A stretch of DNA of 63,336 nt, filler included, from Octopus bimaculoides (Eukaryota), in NCBI RefSeq assembly GCF_001194135.2. It is 10 parts of 10 records of this genome, joined end to end, with 100 filler letters (N's around TTAATTAATTAA, not from the genome) between each part and the next. Parts side by side here need not be neighbours in the genome. Positions count along the whole stretch, not along the records: positions 26,952 to 30,957 come from NW_026356376.1; positions 31,058 to 35,168 come from NW_026331723.1; positions 35,269 to 46,209 come from NC_068996.1; 7 more parts are not named here. One strand, given 5' to 3'. Both the position numbers and the translations under genes were made by a program. Below, piece after piece: positions 26,852 to 39,884 of this stretch (position 1 is the first letter of the stretch; every line of letters starts with the position of its first letter). The notes under the pieces were generated by a model. It saw nothing but the letters and a program-made list of their open reading frames with translations. It made no database searches and was not told where the DNA came from.

Positions 26852-27769
26852 NNNNNNNNNNNNNNNNNNNNNNNNNNNNNNNNNNNNNNNNNNNNTTAAT
26901 TAATTAANNNNNNNNNNNNNNNNNNNNNNNNNNNNNNNNNNNNNNNNNNNNGTGTTGAAATAACTCATGTTCAAGATTATTATTATTATTTTTTTTTTCA
27001 AATATTTACTTTTTTTATTTTTATTTCTTTCATTTTAAAAATTATCACTTCTTCTAATATTAATCTTTTTAAATTTTCAATTTCACACCTTCACACCATT
27101 CTCTCTCGCCCGCACACCCCACATACACACGATCCACCTTTTCTGTTGTCCTTTATACTTCTTGAGCTTCCTCCTTCTCTGCACATCTCAAGCACTGACA
27201 AACACGCTCACTTACTAACACGCACATATGCACATACATACATGTTGTTTCACCTTCTATTGACAATGACTACACGGCATCATATACATACAGCACGTAC
27301 CATGCACATACACTCAACATACAAACACACATACACACACATTTATCTAAATAGTCACATACATAATATACATATACATATTCTTGTTAAAATACATACA
27401 TTCACACACACACACACGCACACACACTCTCTCTCTCTCTCACACACACACACAAGCATACATCAGAGTTCTTTTCTTGTTCATTACCTCCCTTATCTCT
27501 AGCTTCTTTTTTGCTGAGAAACTCCATATCAGTCTATTTGTGTCATTAGCCATTTCCTGATTCATCCACCATAAATGCTGATAGAGAATCTTCTTTCTGG
27601 TTCTGCTCTCTCTCTCTCTCTCTCGATGAGGAGACATCATCCAAAATATTGAATTCTTATTGGTAATGAGTAAATAACAAATTGGCACAGTGGTTAGGGA
27701 GCTGAGAAGAATGCTTTGTGGTATTTATTCCAGCCCTCTGCATTCTGAAGGTGGTGATCTGACAGAATC

Positions 27770-28170
27770 AGGAGTGGCTGTGTGGTAAGTAGCTTGCTTA
27801 CCAACCACATGGTTCCGGGTTCAATCCCACTGTGTGGCACCTTGGGCAAGTGTCTTCTACTATAGCCTCAGGCCGACCAAAGCCTTGTGAGTGGATTTGG
27901 TAGATGGAAACTGAAAGAAGCCCGTCATATATATGTATTTGTATACATATGTGTGTGTGTATGTTTGTGTTACTGTGTTTGTCCCCCCAACATCATTTGA
28001 CAACCAATGCTGGTGTGTTTACGTCCCCGTAACTTAGCAGTTCGGCAAAAGAGACCAATAGAATAAGTACTAGGCTTCCAAAGAATATGTCCTGGGGTTG
28101 ATTTGCTCGACTAAAAGGCGGTGCTCCAGCATGGCTGCAGTCAAATGACTGAAACATGTAGAAGAGTAAA
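27770..28170 (+). mobile_element. SINE family A, full length
   Basis: tRNA-like head, ggcaccttgggcaagtgtctt core, internal (TA/TG)n, and tail. Confidence 0.9.
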
Positions 28171-28804
28171 AGAGTAAAAGAGTAAGTCAGACAAAATGCT
28201 TAGCAACATTTCTTTTGGCTCTTTACATTCTAAGTTCAAATCCTACCAAAGTCAAATTTGTCTGTCATTCTTTAAGTGTTGGTAAAATAAAGTACAGTCA
28301 AGTACAGAGGGATGAATGTAATTGCTGGTTTTGAACCTTGCCACAGACTGGGATCCCATTCAAAGCAATGCTGTGATCTTGGTCTCTTGTACAACATAGA
28401 AACTAGGTAAGCGACCTTATGAGCCCTGCAACTCAAGAATATAGATCCAGGAAGATGTGGGATGAAATGGTGAGAAAGGATCTTTGGATGCAGGGCCTCA
28501 TTGAGGAAATGACAAGGGACTGGGAGATGTGGCGATTTGCTGTACTTGTTAATCTAAGTAAAATCAGTCATTCACACATACAGGCTTGTCCTTTTACATG
28601 CCGGTGCAACATAAAAAGACACCCATGTCGGTGCTGTGCAAATGCACTTGTGTTGGTGCTATGTGGAATGCACCCATATGAGTGGCATGTAAAAAGCACT
28701 CAGCACACTCTGTTGAGAAAAACTGAATGGCAAGCTGGCAGAAATGTTAGCGCACCGGGCGAAATGCTTAACGGTATTTCATCTGTGTTTATGTTTATAT
28801 GGTG

Positions 28805-28965
28805 TAGGAGTGGCTGTGTGGCAAGTAGCTTGCTTACGAATCACATGGTTCTGGGTTCAGTCCCACTGTGTGGCACCTTGAGTAAGTGTCTTCTACTACA
28901 GCCTTGGGCTAACCAAAGCCTTGTGAGTGGATTTGGTAGACAGAAACTGAAAGAAGCCCGTCGTG

Positions 28966-29016
<51 letters not shown>

Positions 29017-29255
29017 GTGTGAGTGTGTGTGTGTGTGTGTGTGTGTATGTTTGTGTGTCTGTGTTTGTCCCTACAACATCGCTTGACAACCTATGTTGGT
29101 GTGTTTACGTCCCCCGTAACTTAGCGGTTTGGCAAAAGACCGATAGAATAAGTACTAGGCTTACAAAGAATAAGTCCTGGGGTCGATTTGCTTGACAAAA
29201 GGCGATGCTCCAGCATGGCTACAGTCAACTGACTGAAACAAGTAAAAGAGTAACC
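28805..29255 (+). mobile_element. SINE family A, full length
   Basis: Same architecture. Other copies at 32935-33275 (-), 36320-36660 (+), 53730-53975, 55490-55820 and 59520-59680 (-). Confidence 0.9.
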
Positions 29256-29575
29256 TAAAAAGAACTAATATCTCTTTCATCAGAGCCATTTCTGGTTATG
29301 GTCAGTAGACCAATTGAGTAAACCTATCAGTAATGTGCCTATAATGACTATTGGAAACGGCTGTAAGCCAAATTTGCTCCAATAAAGGAAAAAAATGTAA
29401 TGACCATTATTTTAAACTTGTTTTTTATGTATCACTCTGTGTAAAAATCGGTTTGTCTGGAGCCCACCCATGGATTTACAATATAGAATTGTGATGGACC
29501 ATAACCTTGGACCCTACCATAAGAAAACCTGGAGTTCTTCACTAAACTACATACATACATACATACATATACATA

Positions 29576-29702
29576 CAGGGTGTCCACAAAGTCTGGGTAC
29601 ATGGGGATTAACACATGCTTTAAGAAATTATTATTTCTCATATTTAATTGTTTATGTCATGATTTTATTTACTCCATGTACCCAGACTTTGTGGACACCC
29701 TG
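29576..29702. mobile_element. Tc1/mariner-type MITE, 127 bp, perfect 29-bp TIR, TA TSD
   Basis: ta|cagggtgtccacaaagtctgggtacatgg ... ccatgtacccagactttgtggacaccctg|ta. Confidence 0.9.
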
Positions 29703-29717
29703 TATATATATACATGC

Positions 29718-29756
<39 letters not shown>

Positions 29757-31869
29757 CATATGGGCTTTGAGTTTAAATTCTGCAGACATCTGTTTTGTGT
29801 TTTAGCCATTTGACATGAATAAAAGTGTACCAATCTAGGACTACGAATTAATGGAGCTGTAAGAACGGTGGAATAAATGCCTCACATTGTTTATTCTGAC
29901 TATTTACACTTTGAATTCAGATCCCATTATGATTTAGTTAACTGGTAGGTCTAATTCTTTTGGAATCAGTAAAAAAATCATACCAATCCAGAATAATGAA
30001 TTGGTAGAACTATGAAATACCTGGCAAGATCTGTTCTGTCTCTGAAGACAGTGAGATGGCAGAATCATTAGCATTCTGAGTAAAATGCAGTACCTTCTGA
30101 ATTACATTTTGAGTTCAAACTGCACTGAGATTGATTTTCCCTGTCATCATTTCAGGGTTGATAAAATGAGTACCAGTTAAGCCCTGGGGTCATTGTAATT
30201 GACTTAACCCCTCCAAGAGCTTGTTGGCCATGTGCCAAAATTTGAGACTAATGTTTCTTCTTGCTCTGCAATTTATGACATCATTCTTGCAACAACATCG
30301 GTGCCAAGTTGTATTGGTTCAAGCTGACAGTTTTTCCCTCAGATAAAGATCGGTGACATGGAAAGGGGAAACTTGCATACCAAGACAATTGATTGTCTTC
30401 CACAAAAAAAATCTTGCTCAGGTTAGGGAATACATATGCAAACGCATTGCCAAGCTTGTCCAATGTAAGCCCTATTATCATAAGCAAATGGTATCTTTTG
30501 AGGTGTAACAAGAAAGGAAGAGTTAGCTCCTTTTAGAGTGGTGATGTTTATATGATGAAGGAACAGGTGTTGGAGTGAGAATAGAAACAGGTGAAGGACC
30601 TCATTTGAGCATGGTGAGGGATAAAAAAACTTAAGGACCAAAATGTCAATAAAATGTGCTCATGTTTCATGAAAAAAAAGCAGGTATTTAAGGAGTTTGT
30701 AACAGATAGAAATCAGATGAGTGTGTGTATGTTTGTGTCTCATTATCATGACATCACATGATCATTGGAAATGAATGTCTTTCATTTCCAATATTTGTGA
30801 AAAACATGCCTGGTCATGAGGAAATATATTACCTGACTTGACAACCAGCAAAGGTTCGCTGCAGAAAGATCATCCAACAACAGAAATTCTGTTTCAACAA
30901 ACTTCATGTGATCCATGCAAAGATGGGAAAGTGCTCATTCAAATGACGATAACTATGNNNNNNNNNNNNNNNNNNNNNNNNNNNNNNNNNNNNNNNNNNN
31001 NTTAATTAATTAANNNNNNNNNNNNNNNNNNNNNNNNNNNNNNNNNNNNNNNNNNNNATATATATATACATGTGTGCGTATGTGTGTGTGTGTGTGTATG
31101 TGTGTGTTTGTGTGCACGTGCGTGTTTGCGTTTGTGCATTTGTGTGTGTGAAGAAACAGCATTTCTTTAATACATATATTAATGGAAGCACTTCTAATAT
31201 TCCTTTTCAATTTTTTTTTAGAATATTTTTTGAATATCTTTCGGATATTCCCAATTTCGTCACGTGCCGAGCCCTTAATGTTTCACCAGAAACAATACAT
31301 TTGAGATATCAATCGATGCTTTAAGGCTTTCTCTGTCATATCAGGGTATAAAGAAAAAATAGAAAATTATTTATATTACATCTGTATACACGGGAAACAT
31401 CAATAAATACTTGCACATGGTGTATGTAGATAGGGAATGTCCACATTGATCTAAAATGTCAGATATAAAATACTTATTCACAAGATTCTTTAGATTATCG
31501 TCCACAAACAATGCACTACAAAAGAAACTGCTGGAAAAAGAACAAACGCTAGTCTATATGGGATATTACACAAATCAATTAATAAAGCCAAGCTATAGAA
31601 TAATATTGAAACAAATTCAAGCACAATAAATACATGCACCACACCCAACAAAAATAAACAAGATTCCCATAAATTGTATTACATAAATCAAATATACATC
31701 AACTAAAGAAGAGCTAAATATAACATAACGCAACAAATAAACAAACGCTGAGAACTCAATAAACAAAACTACGTTATGCATTAAATTCAGTTATAATGTG
31801 GCATTCATAATATATTAGATAAAAACGCAAGAATGAAAATTCTCTTATTTTTAATTCGTTTTATTTTAC

Positions 31870-32140
31870 ATTGCAAATGGCGAACAATGGCGTCGTCAGC
31901 TTCAGGTTTACAACGGAACCGGAAGAATCACTGGTTCACTGCCTCAATGAGAAACGACTATGTTGCACGTGATATCTGATGTAATTCACACATTTTATAG
32001 GTGAGCCTGACGGAGTTATATTCGTTGTGGAGAATATAGATGTTATATTGGATCTAAATGGACGGATTTTTCTCGTCCTTTCGCCGAAGTTTAAAAAAAC
32101 AACAACAAAAAAAAACCAAGATGGTTTGAAACGTCGATAG
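31870..32140 (+). promoter_or_regulatory. Candidate promoter / first-exon region
   Basis: Locally CpG-rich unique sequence. ATGGCG twice (31875-31894), CCGGAAG at 31919, CACGTG at 31966, possible donor AG|GTGAG at 32001. Confidence 0.25.
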
Positions 32141-32242
32141 TCAAAGGAAATTTAATATTTCAAATGAAACATATACCACTGCTATGGATATAGAAAAGAT
32201 CCCCAGTAAATCAGCAAGGACTGGGAGCTTAGTCATGGTTTC

Positions 32243-32244
<2 letters not shown>

Positions 32245-32304
<60 letters not shown>

Positions 32305-32835
32305 CGCACACACATACACACACACACACGCACACATACATACACCCCCAACCATACACACATATACACACACCTTCCATGCACACACATACACACACAC
32401 ACATACACACACCTACACACACACACATACACACATACACACATGCACATACACCATCCATACACACATACACACATGCACATACACCATCCATACACAC
32501 ACACATACACACACATACACACACACATACACACACCATCCATACACACACATACACACACCATCCATACATACAGATACACACACATGCACACACACTA
32601 TCCATAGACACACATGCACACACATGCACAGACACATACACACATACACACACACCATCCATATGCACACATACACGCACATATTCGTACACATGCACAC
32701 ATACACACACATCCCATCCACACACACACATCCCATTCATGCACATACACATATACACACATACTCACATACATACACATACACTCATACACACGCGCGC
32801 GCGCACACACACACACACACACACATACACACACA
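32245..32835. repeat. Compound (CA)n region with recurring CACCATCCATACAC sub-units
   Basis: Direct reading. Source of the HT/CV pseudo-ORFs in the ORF track. Confidence 0.9.
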
Positions 32836-34232
32836 TAGTTACATTTGCACTTACAGGCATCGACACACAGACAGATACATATGGCGCGTTCGGTGTAGGA
32901 CGGGTATTTTTTATCGCTTATCATTTTACTCGTTTCATTCATTACACTGCGGCCATGCTGGAGTATCACCCTGCAAGGATTTTAGTCGAACAAATCAACT
33001 TCAGTACTTGATCTATCAGTAGCTTTAGCGAACCGCTAAGTTACTGGCACTTAAATACACGAAACCGATTTTCAAACGGTAGCAGGGGGTAAACACAAAG
33101 ACACACACACACACACACACACACATACGACGGGCTTCTTTCAGTTTCCGTCCGCCAAATCCCATTATAAGGCTTTGGTCGACCCGAAGCTATAGTAGAA
33201 GACACTTACCCAAGGTGCCACACAGTAGGACTGAACCCAGAACAATGTGGTTGAGAAGCAAACTTCTTACCATGCTTTTTTCATCTTAAAGGTTAATTGA
33301 ATCTTTAAGATGGTAAAAAATACTTGTCATCCACTGACCGCGCCATATATACCTGTCTGTGTGTCTATGCATGTAGGTGTAAATGTAGCTCTGTGTGTGT
33401 GTGTGTGNNNNNNNNNNNNNNNNNNNNNNNNNNNNNNNNNNNNNNNNNNNNNNNNNNNNNNNNNNNNNNNNNNNNNNNNNNNNNNNNNNNNNNNNNNNNN
33501 NNNNNNNNNNNNNNNNNNNNNNNNNNNNNNNNNNNNNNNNNNNNNNNNNNNNNNNNNNNNNNNNNNNNNNNNNNNNNNNNNNNNNNNNNNNNNNNNNNNN
33601 NNNNNNNNNNNNNNNNNNNNNNNNNNNNNNNNNNNNNNNNNNNNNNNNNNNNNNNNNNNNNNNNNNNNNNNNNNNNNNNNNNNNNNNNNNNNNNNNNNNN
33701 NNNNNNNNNNNNNNNNNNNNNNNNNNNNNNNNNNNNNNNNNNNNNNNNNNNNNNNNNNNNNNNNNNNNNNNNNNNNNNNNNNNNNNNNNNNNNNNNNNNN
33801 NNNNNNNNNNNNNNNNNNNNNNNNNNNNNNNNNNNNNNNNNNNNNNNNNNNNNNNNNNNNNNNNNNNNNNNNNNNNNNNNNNNNNNNNNNNNNNNNNNNN
33901 NNNNNNNNNNNNNNNNNNNNNNNNNNNNNNNNNNNNNNNNNNNNNNNNNNNNNNNNNNNNNNNNNNNNNNNNNNNNNNNNNNNNNNNNNNNNNNNNNNNN
34001 NNNNNNNNNNNNNNNNNNNNNNNNNNNNNNNNNNNNNNNNNNNNNNNNNNNNNNNNNNNNNNNNNNNNNNNNNNNNNNNNNNNNNNNNNNNNNNNNNNNN
34101 NNNNNNNNNNNNNNNNNNNNNNNNNNNNNNNNNNNNNNNNNNNNNNNNNNNNNNNNNNNNNNNNNNNNNNNNNNNNNNNNNNNNNNNNNNNNNNNNNNNN
34201 NNNNNNNNNNNNNNNNNNNNNNNNNNNNNNNN

Positions 34233-34301
<69 letters not shown>

Positions 34302-34705
34302 TATTTAAATTGAATTCCTTGTTCGCGGTTCGTATTTCACGCCTCTGCAGTCGTTGGCTCAGAACATGCTGATCGCAGTAGCGTGAAACTCATGTGCTAC
34401 AAGAAAGAAAGACGTTTAGATGAAATAACGTTAAGCTCAATATCTATTGAGTTCTCTCTTCCTCCTTTATGTGACAAAAAAAAGATCTACTACAACAAAA
34501 CACAATCACGCACACGTATATGTCCGCACACACACGCACATACACACACATATGTACATATATATATATTTATTAATTCATAATAGAATATAAGGATAAA
34601 AATCACGTTAATGATTTTTATCAAGTAGTCAGCATGCTATAAAAATTTAGAGGTAATTTATATGTCAAATTAATAATAATATGAATATGTATATAATTAT
34701 ATTAA

Positions 34706-35165
34706 GGGAATAAGAGCGAAAACAACCTATCTCCAGCGTGCTTGAAGTGCCTAGACCTTCAAAAAACTACCCAAAACTCCAGATTAAATATACATATGGC
34801 CGAAAGCGGGCTAGTGAAAGAATATTAAAAGGATCTCACATTAATTGTGAATTGGTTCCAATTTCTGGATTAAAGCCATAAACAGGCTTTTTTCCTTCGT
34901 CAACACAATACACGAGAAATATAAATACAAATGATTGTACATACTGTACAAATATTTGTATGCAAACGTGTGAATCTGCTTTGTATCCAAGTGAACTTTT
35001 AATCCTGAAATTGGAACCAATTCACAATTAACGTAAGGTCCTTTTTATTTCTTTCACTAGCTCGCTTTCAGCCATGTGTATATTTATCTGGAGTCTTTGG
35101 TAGTTTTTTTGAAGGTATCGGAACTTCTAGCACGCTGGAGATAGGTCGTCTTCGCTCTTGCTCCC
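34706..35165. mobile_element. MITE with ~170-bp inverted arms, TTAA-flanked GG..CC termini (Kolobok-like)
   Basis: 34703-34875 is the reverse complement of 34996-35168 with scattered mismatches. The right flank is cut by N after tta. Confidence 0.75.
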
Positions 35166-35284
35166 TTANNNNNNNNNNNNNNNNNNNNNNNNNNNNNNNN
35201 NNNNNNNNNNNNTTAATTAATTAANNNNNNNNNNNNNNNNNNNNNNNNNNNNNNNNNNNNNNNNNNNNATATATATATATATAT

Positions 35285-36098
35285 CATCATCATCATCATT
35301 TAATGTCTGCTTTCCATGGTGGCATAGGTTGGACTGAAAACTGGTAAGCCAGGGGACTGCACCAAGCTCCAATCTGATTTGGCAAGGCTTCTACAGCTGG
35401 ATGCCCTTCCTAACACCAACCACTTTGCGAGTGTGGTAGGTGTCTTTTATGTGCCATCGTTGGCCTGACACTGGCATTGGCCATGACTACAATCTTATGT
35501 CACTGCCTCCATGAGGCCCAACACTTGAATGGTGCTTTTTACGTGCCACCAGCACAAGTGCCAGTCAGATGGCACTGACATTGCCCATGACTATGATTTC
35601 ACTTGCTTAGACAAGTCTTCACAAGCACAGCATATTGCCCAACAATTGAAGAGTGTTTTTAATGGGCCAGTTATGTGACACTGGCATTGGCTATAACTAC
35701 AATCTCACTTGGCTTTCTGGGTCTTCTCAAGCACAGCATATCTCCAAACGTCTTGGTTGCTTGTCATTGTCTGTGTGAGGCCCAACGTTCAAAGGTTGTG
35801 CTTCACCACCTCATCCCAAGTCTTCCTAGGTCTACCTCTTCCACGGATTCCCTCCACTGTTAGAGTGCAACACTTCTTCACACAGCTGTCCTCATCCATA
35901 CACAACATATGACCATACCAGTGCAGTCATCTCTCTTGCACACCACATCTGATGCTTCTTAAGTTCAACTTTTCTCTCAAGATACTTATACTCTGCTGTG
36001 TATGCACACTAACATTACACATCCAGCGGATCATACTGGCTTCATTTCTTTCAAGCCTATGCATGTCCTCAGCAGTCACAGCCCATGTTTCACTGCTG
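35285..36098 (-). mobile_element. RTE LINE 3' end: ORF2 C-terminus, modular 3' UTR and (GAT)n tail
   Basis: Reverse translation SETWAVTAEDMHRLERNEASMIRWMCNV..WYGHMLCMDED..GRGRPRKTWDEVVK runs directly into the modular UTR. Confidence 0.85.
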
Positions 36099-37390
36099 TT
36101 TGCCCAGCCTATTCTTATTCTAGCAGTTATGCTCTTAGAGCATCCACCCCTGCTACTGATTTGGTTACCTAGGTAATCGAAGCTATTGATTACTTCTAGT
36201 TTTTGCAGTTTTAATAAAAAAGCATATTACTCTAAACTTGGTATTAGAGTACTATTTATTCCACCTTGTTTTGCGTTTATGTGCTTACTTGTGTATGTGT
36301 GTATATGTATGCATAAGCATGGCTGTTTGGTAAGAAGTATGCTTCTCAACCACATGGTTCCAGGTTCAGTCCCACTGCATGGCACCTTGGGCAAGTGTCT
36401 TCTACTATAGCTTCAGGCCGACCAAAACCTTGAGTGAATTTGGTATTGAGAAACTGAAAGAAGCCCATAATGTGTGTGTGCCTTTGTGTTTGTGTTTGTC
36501 GTCTACCACCACCACCTAACAGCTGCCCTAGCAGTTCAGCAAAAGTGACTGATAGAATAAGTACCAGGCTTAAAAAGTAAGTACTGGGGTCTGTTTATTT
36601 GACCAAACCCTTCAATACAGTGACCCCGTAAGGCTGCAGTTCAAACACTGAAACGGTAAAAGATATACATATATTCAAATATATGTACAGACACATGTTT
36701 ATAAACATATCAAGTATACTCATTTTCTCACACATATGAGCTCAGTCCAGTTCATTTTCATTTACTTAGATTAGCAACTTATTAATATATGATGTAATAT
36801 ATTCTAATAAATGATATTTTGAAATCTCTGTAACTGATCCTAAATATCCAACATTTTTTATATATTATGTTAAAGTTCTAAGGTGGCAGAATCGTTAGCA
36901 TGTCACACAAAATGTTTAGCAGTATTTCGTTTGTGTTTACGTTCTGAGTTCAAATTCCACCAAGGTTGACTTTGCCTTTCATCCTTTCAGGGTTGATAAA
37001 TCAAGTACCAGTTGCATACTGAGGTCGATCTAGTCAACTGGCTCCCTCCCTCCAAATTTTCGGGCCTTGTGCCCAGAGTAGAAAAGATTATGTTAAAATT
37101 CTTAGAAATAACATCAGTTGACCAGTTAGAGCTCCACAGTAGTTATACACAACATTTTATTTTTTCATTTAGAAAGGCGAATCTATGAATCTGTTTTCAT
37201 TTTAGTGTTTAATTTCAAAAAGTATAAACGAGTAAAACACAACAGTCATTACCACTGGTATGAGTTTACTTCACTTTTGCTTCAAAAATGATTTGTAATC
37301 AAAGAGTGGAATGATAAATGAATTAACCATATTTGATCTCTGATTTTGAAATATTTTCAAATAAACTTATTGTTTCATTTTATTTTACAG

Positions 37391-38028
37391 ACCACTCTTA
37401 AAATTCACAAGAACATTCCAATTGATACAACAGAAAGATTTCTTGCCAAAGGAGGAGACTCCTTATTAGCAATGCAATTTATTAACAGATTACAGCTTGA
37501 TCTCAATTTGCAACTTAACCATATTCTTCCTTTGGTGCTACACAACCCATATAAAGACATTCTAGACATTATAAGAGAATCATTATCAAAACATAAACAC
37601 TCTACATCTGATGAGGAAAGTAAACCTAGTGAACTAAGATTGAGCAGTGACAATTGGAAAGGTTTGAATAAGTTTGTGAAAAAGAAACACTTGGAAAATG
37701 TTCAAAATACACAGGTACATTCAACTGACAGTGTAAATTATATCAATCATAGGCAGAAGAATATCATTCCAAAACTTAGCAAAGATTCTTTAGGGAAACC
37801 TGAAAATGTTAATGTTGATGATGATGGAATATTGCCTAAAAAGAAGACGAAGACAAATAATGTATCCAATAACCATTATGGTCTCCAATCGAAAAGTGAT
37901 AGCATTTCTTTAGAATTTCCGAAGTTAAATTCAGTCTGCTGCCATCACAGGAAAAAAGAAGTAAATATTCATTGGACTTACAATACTGGAAAGTGTGTAG
38001 ATGCTTCACCCATTGTGGCACAGTTGAG
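37391..38028 (+). CDS. AASDH: Exon of AASDH/ACSF4-type NRPS-like beta-alanine-activating enzyme (carrier domain and start of PQQ-type beta-propeller)
   Basis: Acceptor ttattttacag, donor gtaatt, 638 bp open. Carrier motif FLAKGGDSLLAM (Ser codon 37460-37462). IHWTYNTGKCVDASPIV matches the recalled vertebrate AASDH W..DTGKCVDASPLV motif. Confidence 0.88.
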
Positions 38029-38543
38029 GTAATTGTCATAAGTTACTTCATTTAATTTTACTATTATTTTATCTCATAATTTGTTTGGCATCGATTTTGC
38101 AGTTGATTTCAGGAAGTTTTGATTTTAGCCAATATTTCTCTGACACATTCTTGTTGTTTCTGCAATGTTTTTCATGAAACATATGTACATACATATATAC
38201 ACAGATTCATGCACAAACTAGTTGTAAAATGTTCAGAATATACTCATACATGGTATAGGAAAAATAAAATGTTGAAAAAAATGCTGAATGTTTTTAACTA
38301 ATTTTATAATACAATGTCATTTACTGTTTTATATAATTTCTAAAAACAATATAAAGAAGTCATAGGTTTTTCTCACTCATTTTCAACTCTATTGTGAATC
38401 TTCAGAGTTGCTAAATGTCTTTATATAATTTCAACATACAATATAAAGCTAAGAAAAAGTATTTTCCTATGGTGCTTATGGTATTTCGTTTTTGGATTTG
38501 ATTTGCAAGATTATTTATGTGAGTTCGTGTGTTGAAGCATATT

Positions 38544-38769
38544 CTGTTGTGTCTGGGGAGAGTCATTTTCTTTTGGTGCCTTATAATTTAACACACTCAC
38601 CGGTAAAATTACCACTTATTTCTTTTTTGTTTTACTAAAATTTTCGTTGCACTATTGAAAAAGTTGATAAATATTTAGATAAATAAAAAAGAAATGAGTG
38701 GAAATTTTACCAGTGAGTGTGTTAAATTATAAGGCACCAAAAGAGAATGACTCTCCCCAGACACAACAG
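38544..38769. mobile_element. Foldback MITE with ~85-bp inverted arms
   Basis: ctgttgtgtctggggagagtcatt... pairs with ...aatgactctccccagacacaacag with few mismatches. Confidence 0.85.
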
Positions 38770-39532
38770 CTTATGGTATTGTTATTGACAATGTGAATGT
38801 TTGTAACAAGGGACATAATAAGTTATAAAGTCACGTCAATGAAAACAATGCGTTTGATCTGAGCTGTCATTTGTTTACAAATTGTATTTCTTTATCAAAC
38901 GAATTGTTGCTTTGTTGTTGAACTTCCACATTTCAATTGTAAAATTAAATAATGTGCTTTCTCTTCAATTATATCTTTGTTGACACAGGAGAAGTTTTCT
39001 AGTGTACAGCTCTCAAATTGGTTGATGATGTCATATCTGTTTTCTAAGAGTGTCATGCTTGTTAGACTAATACAAAGTTCTTGGCAACCTCTTCATGCTA
39101 AGATATATAATAAATTTTTGAAGAAATGTAAAAAAAATTATTATTAGCCGTATACTCCATGGTTTTGTTATTTACATTCATTTCTATAATCTCTGTTTTT
39201 TTGTGTAGTTTTCTATATGTATCACCATTATCATCATCATCATCATTTTAACGTCCACTTTTTCATGCTTAGTTGGGTCAGACAGAGTTTGTTGAGGCAG
39301 ATTTCTTTTTTTTTTTTATGGATGAATATCCTTCTTGTTGCCATTCTTTACCTGTTTCCAAGCAAGGAAATGTTACCCCATGTTACCCGTTTCCAAGCAA
39401 AGTAATGTTATCCCATGGCCAGACATGTTTTACATTGAAAACTGAACGACATCACTTACTTGACGGTGATACACATTTACAACTATCATGCAATGCCAAG
39501 GCAAGAAGACACAAACATACACATGCTCATAC

Positions 39533-39603
<71 letters not shown>

Positions 39604-39884
39604 CATATGCATATATATATTATTATATGTATTTATTTTCTCTTAGTTAACAATTAACTCCGTCAAAACAAATTGGTTAATAGATACCAGGGTAGCAAAG
39701 ATCACTAAATAACTGGTGTGACACCTGTTTACGAGGTAGAAACTCCCTATTAATTTGGGGTATTCTGAATAAATATAAAATTTAATAAATGGAGTAATAC
39801 GCATATGTTAAATGAATTCTTTTATTTCTGACATATGTTTCGAAGATTACAAATGGTATATATATGGTGCACTTGCTTTTACTG

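Noticed and set aside
38989-39030. Next AASDH exon after the acceptor-like ttgacacag
   Set aside because: The required phase hits a stop within about 12 codons and lacks the expected VYIGSHS motif. No second AASDH exon was found in this piece.
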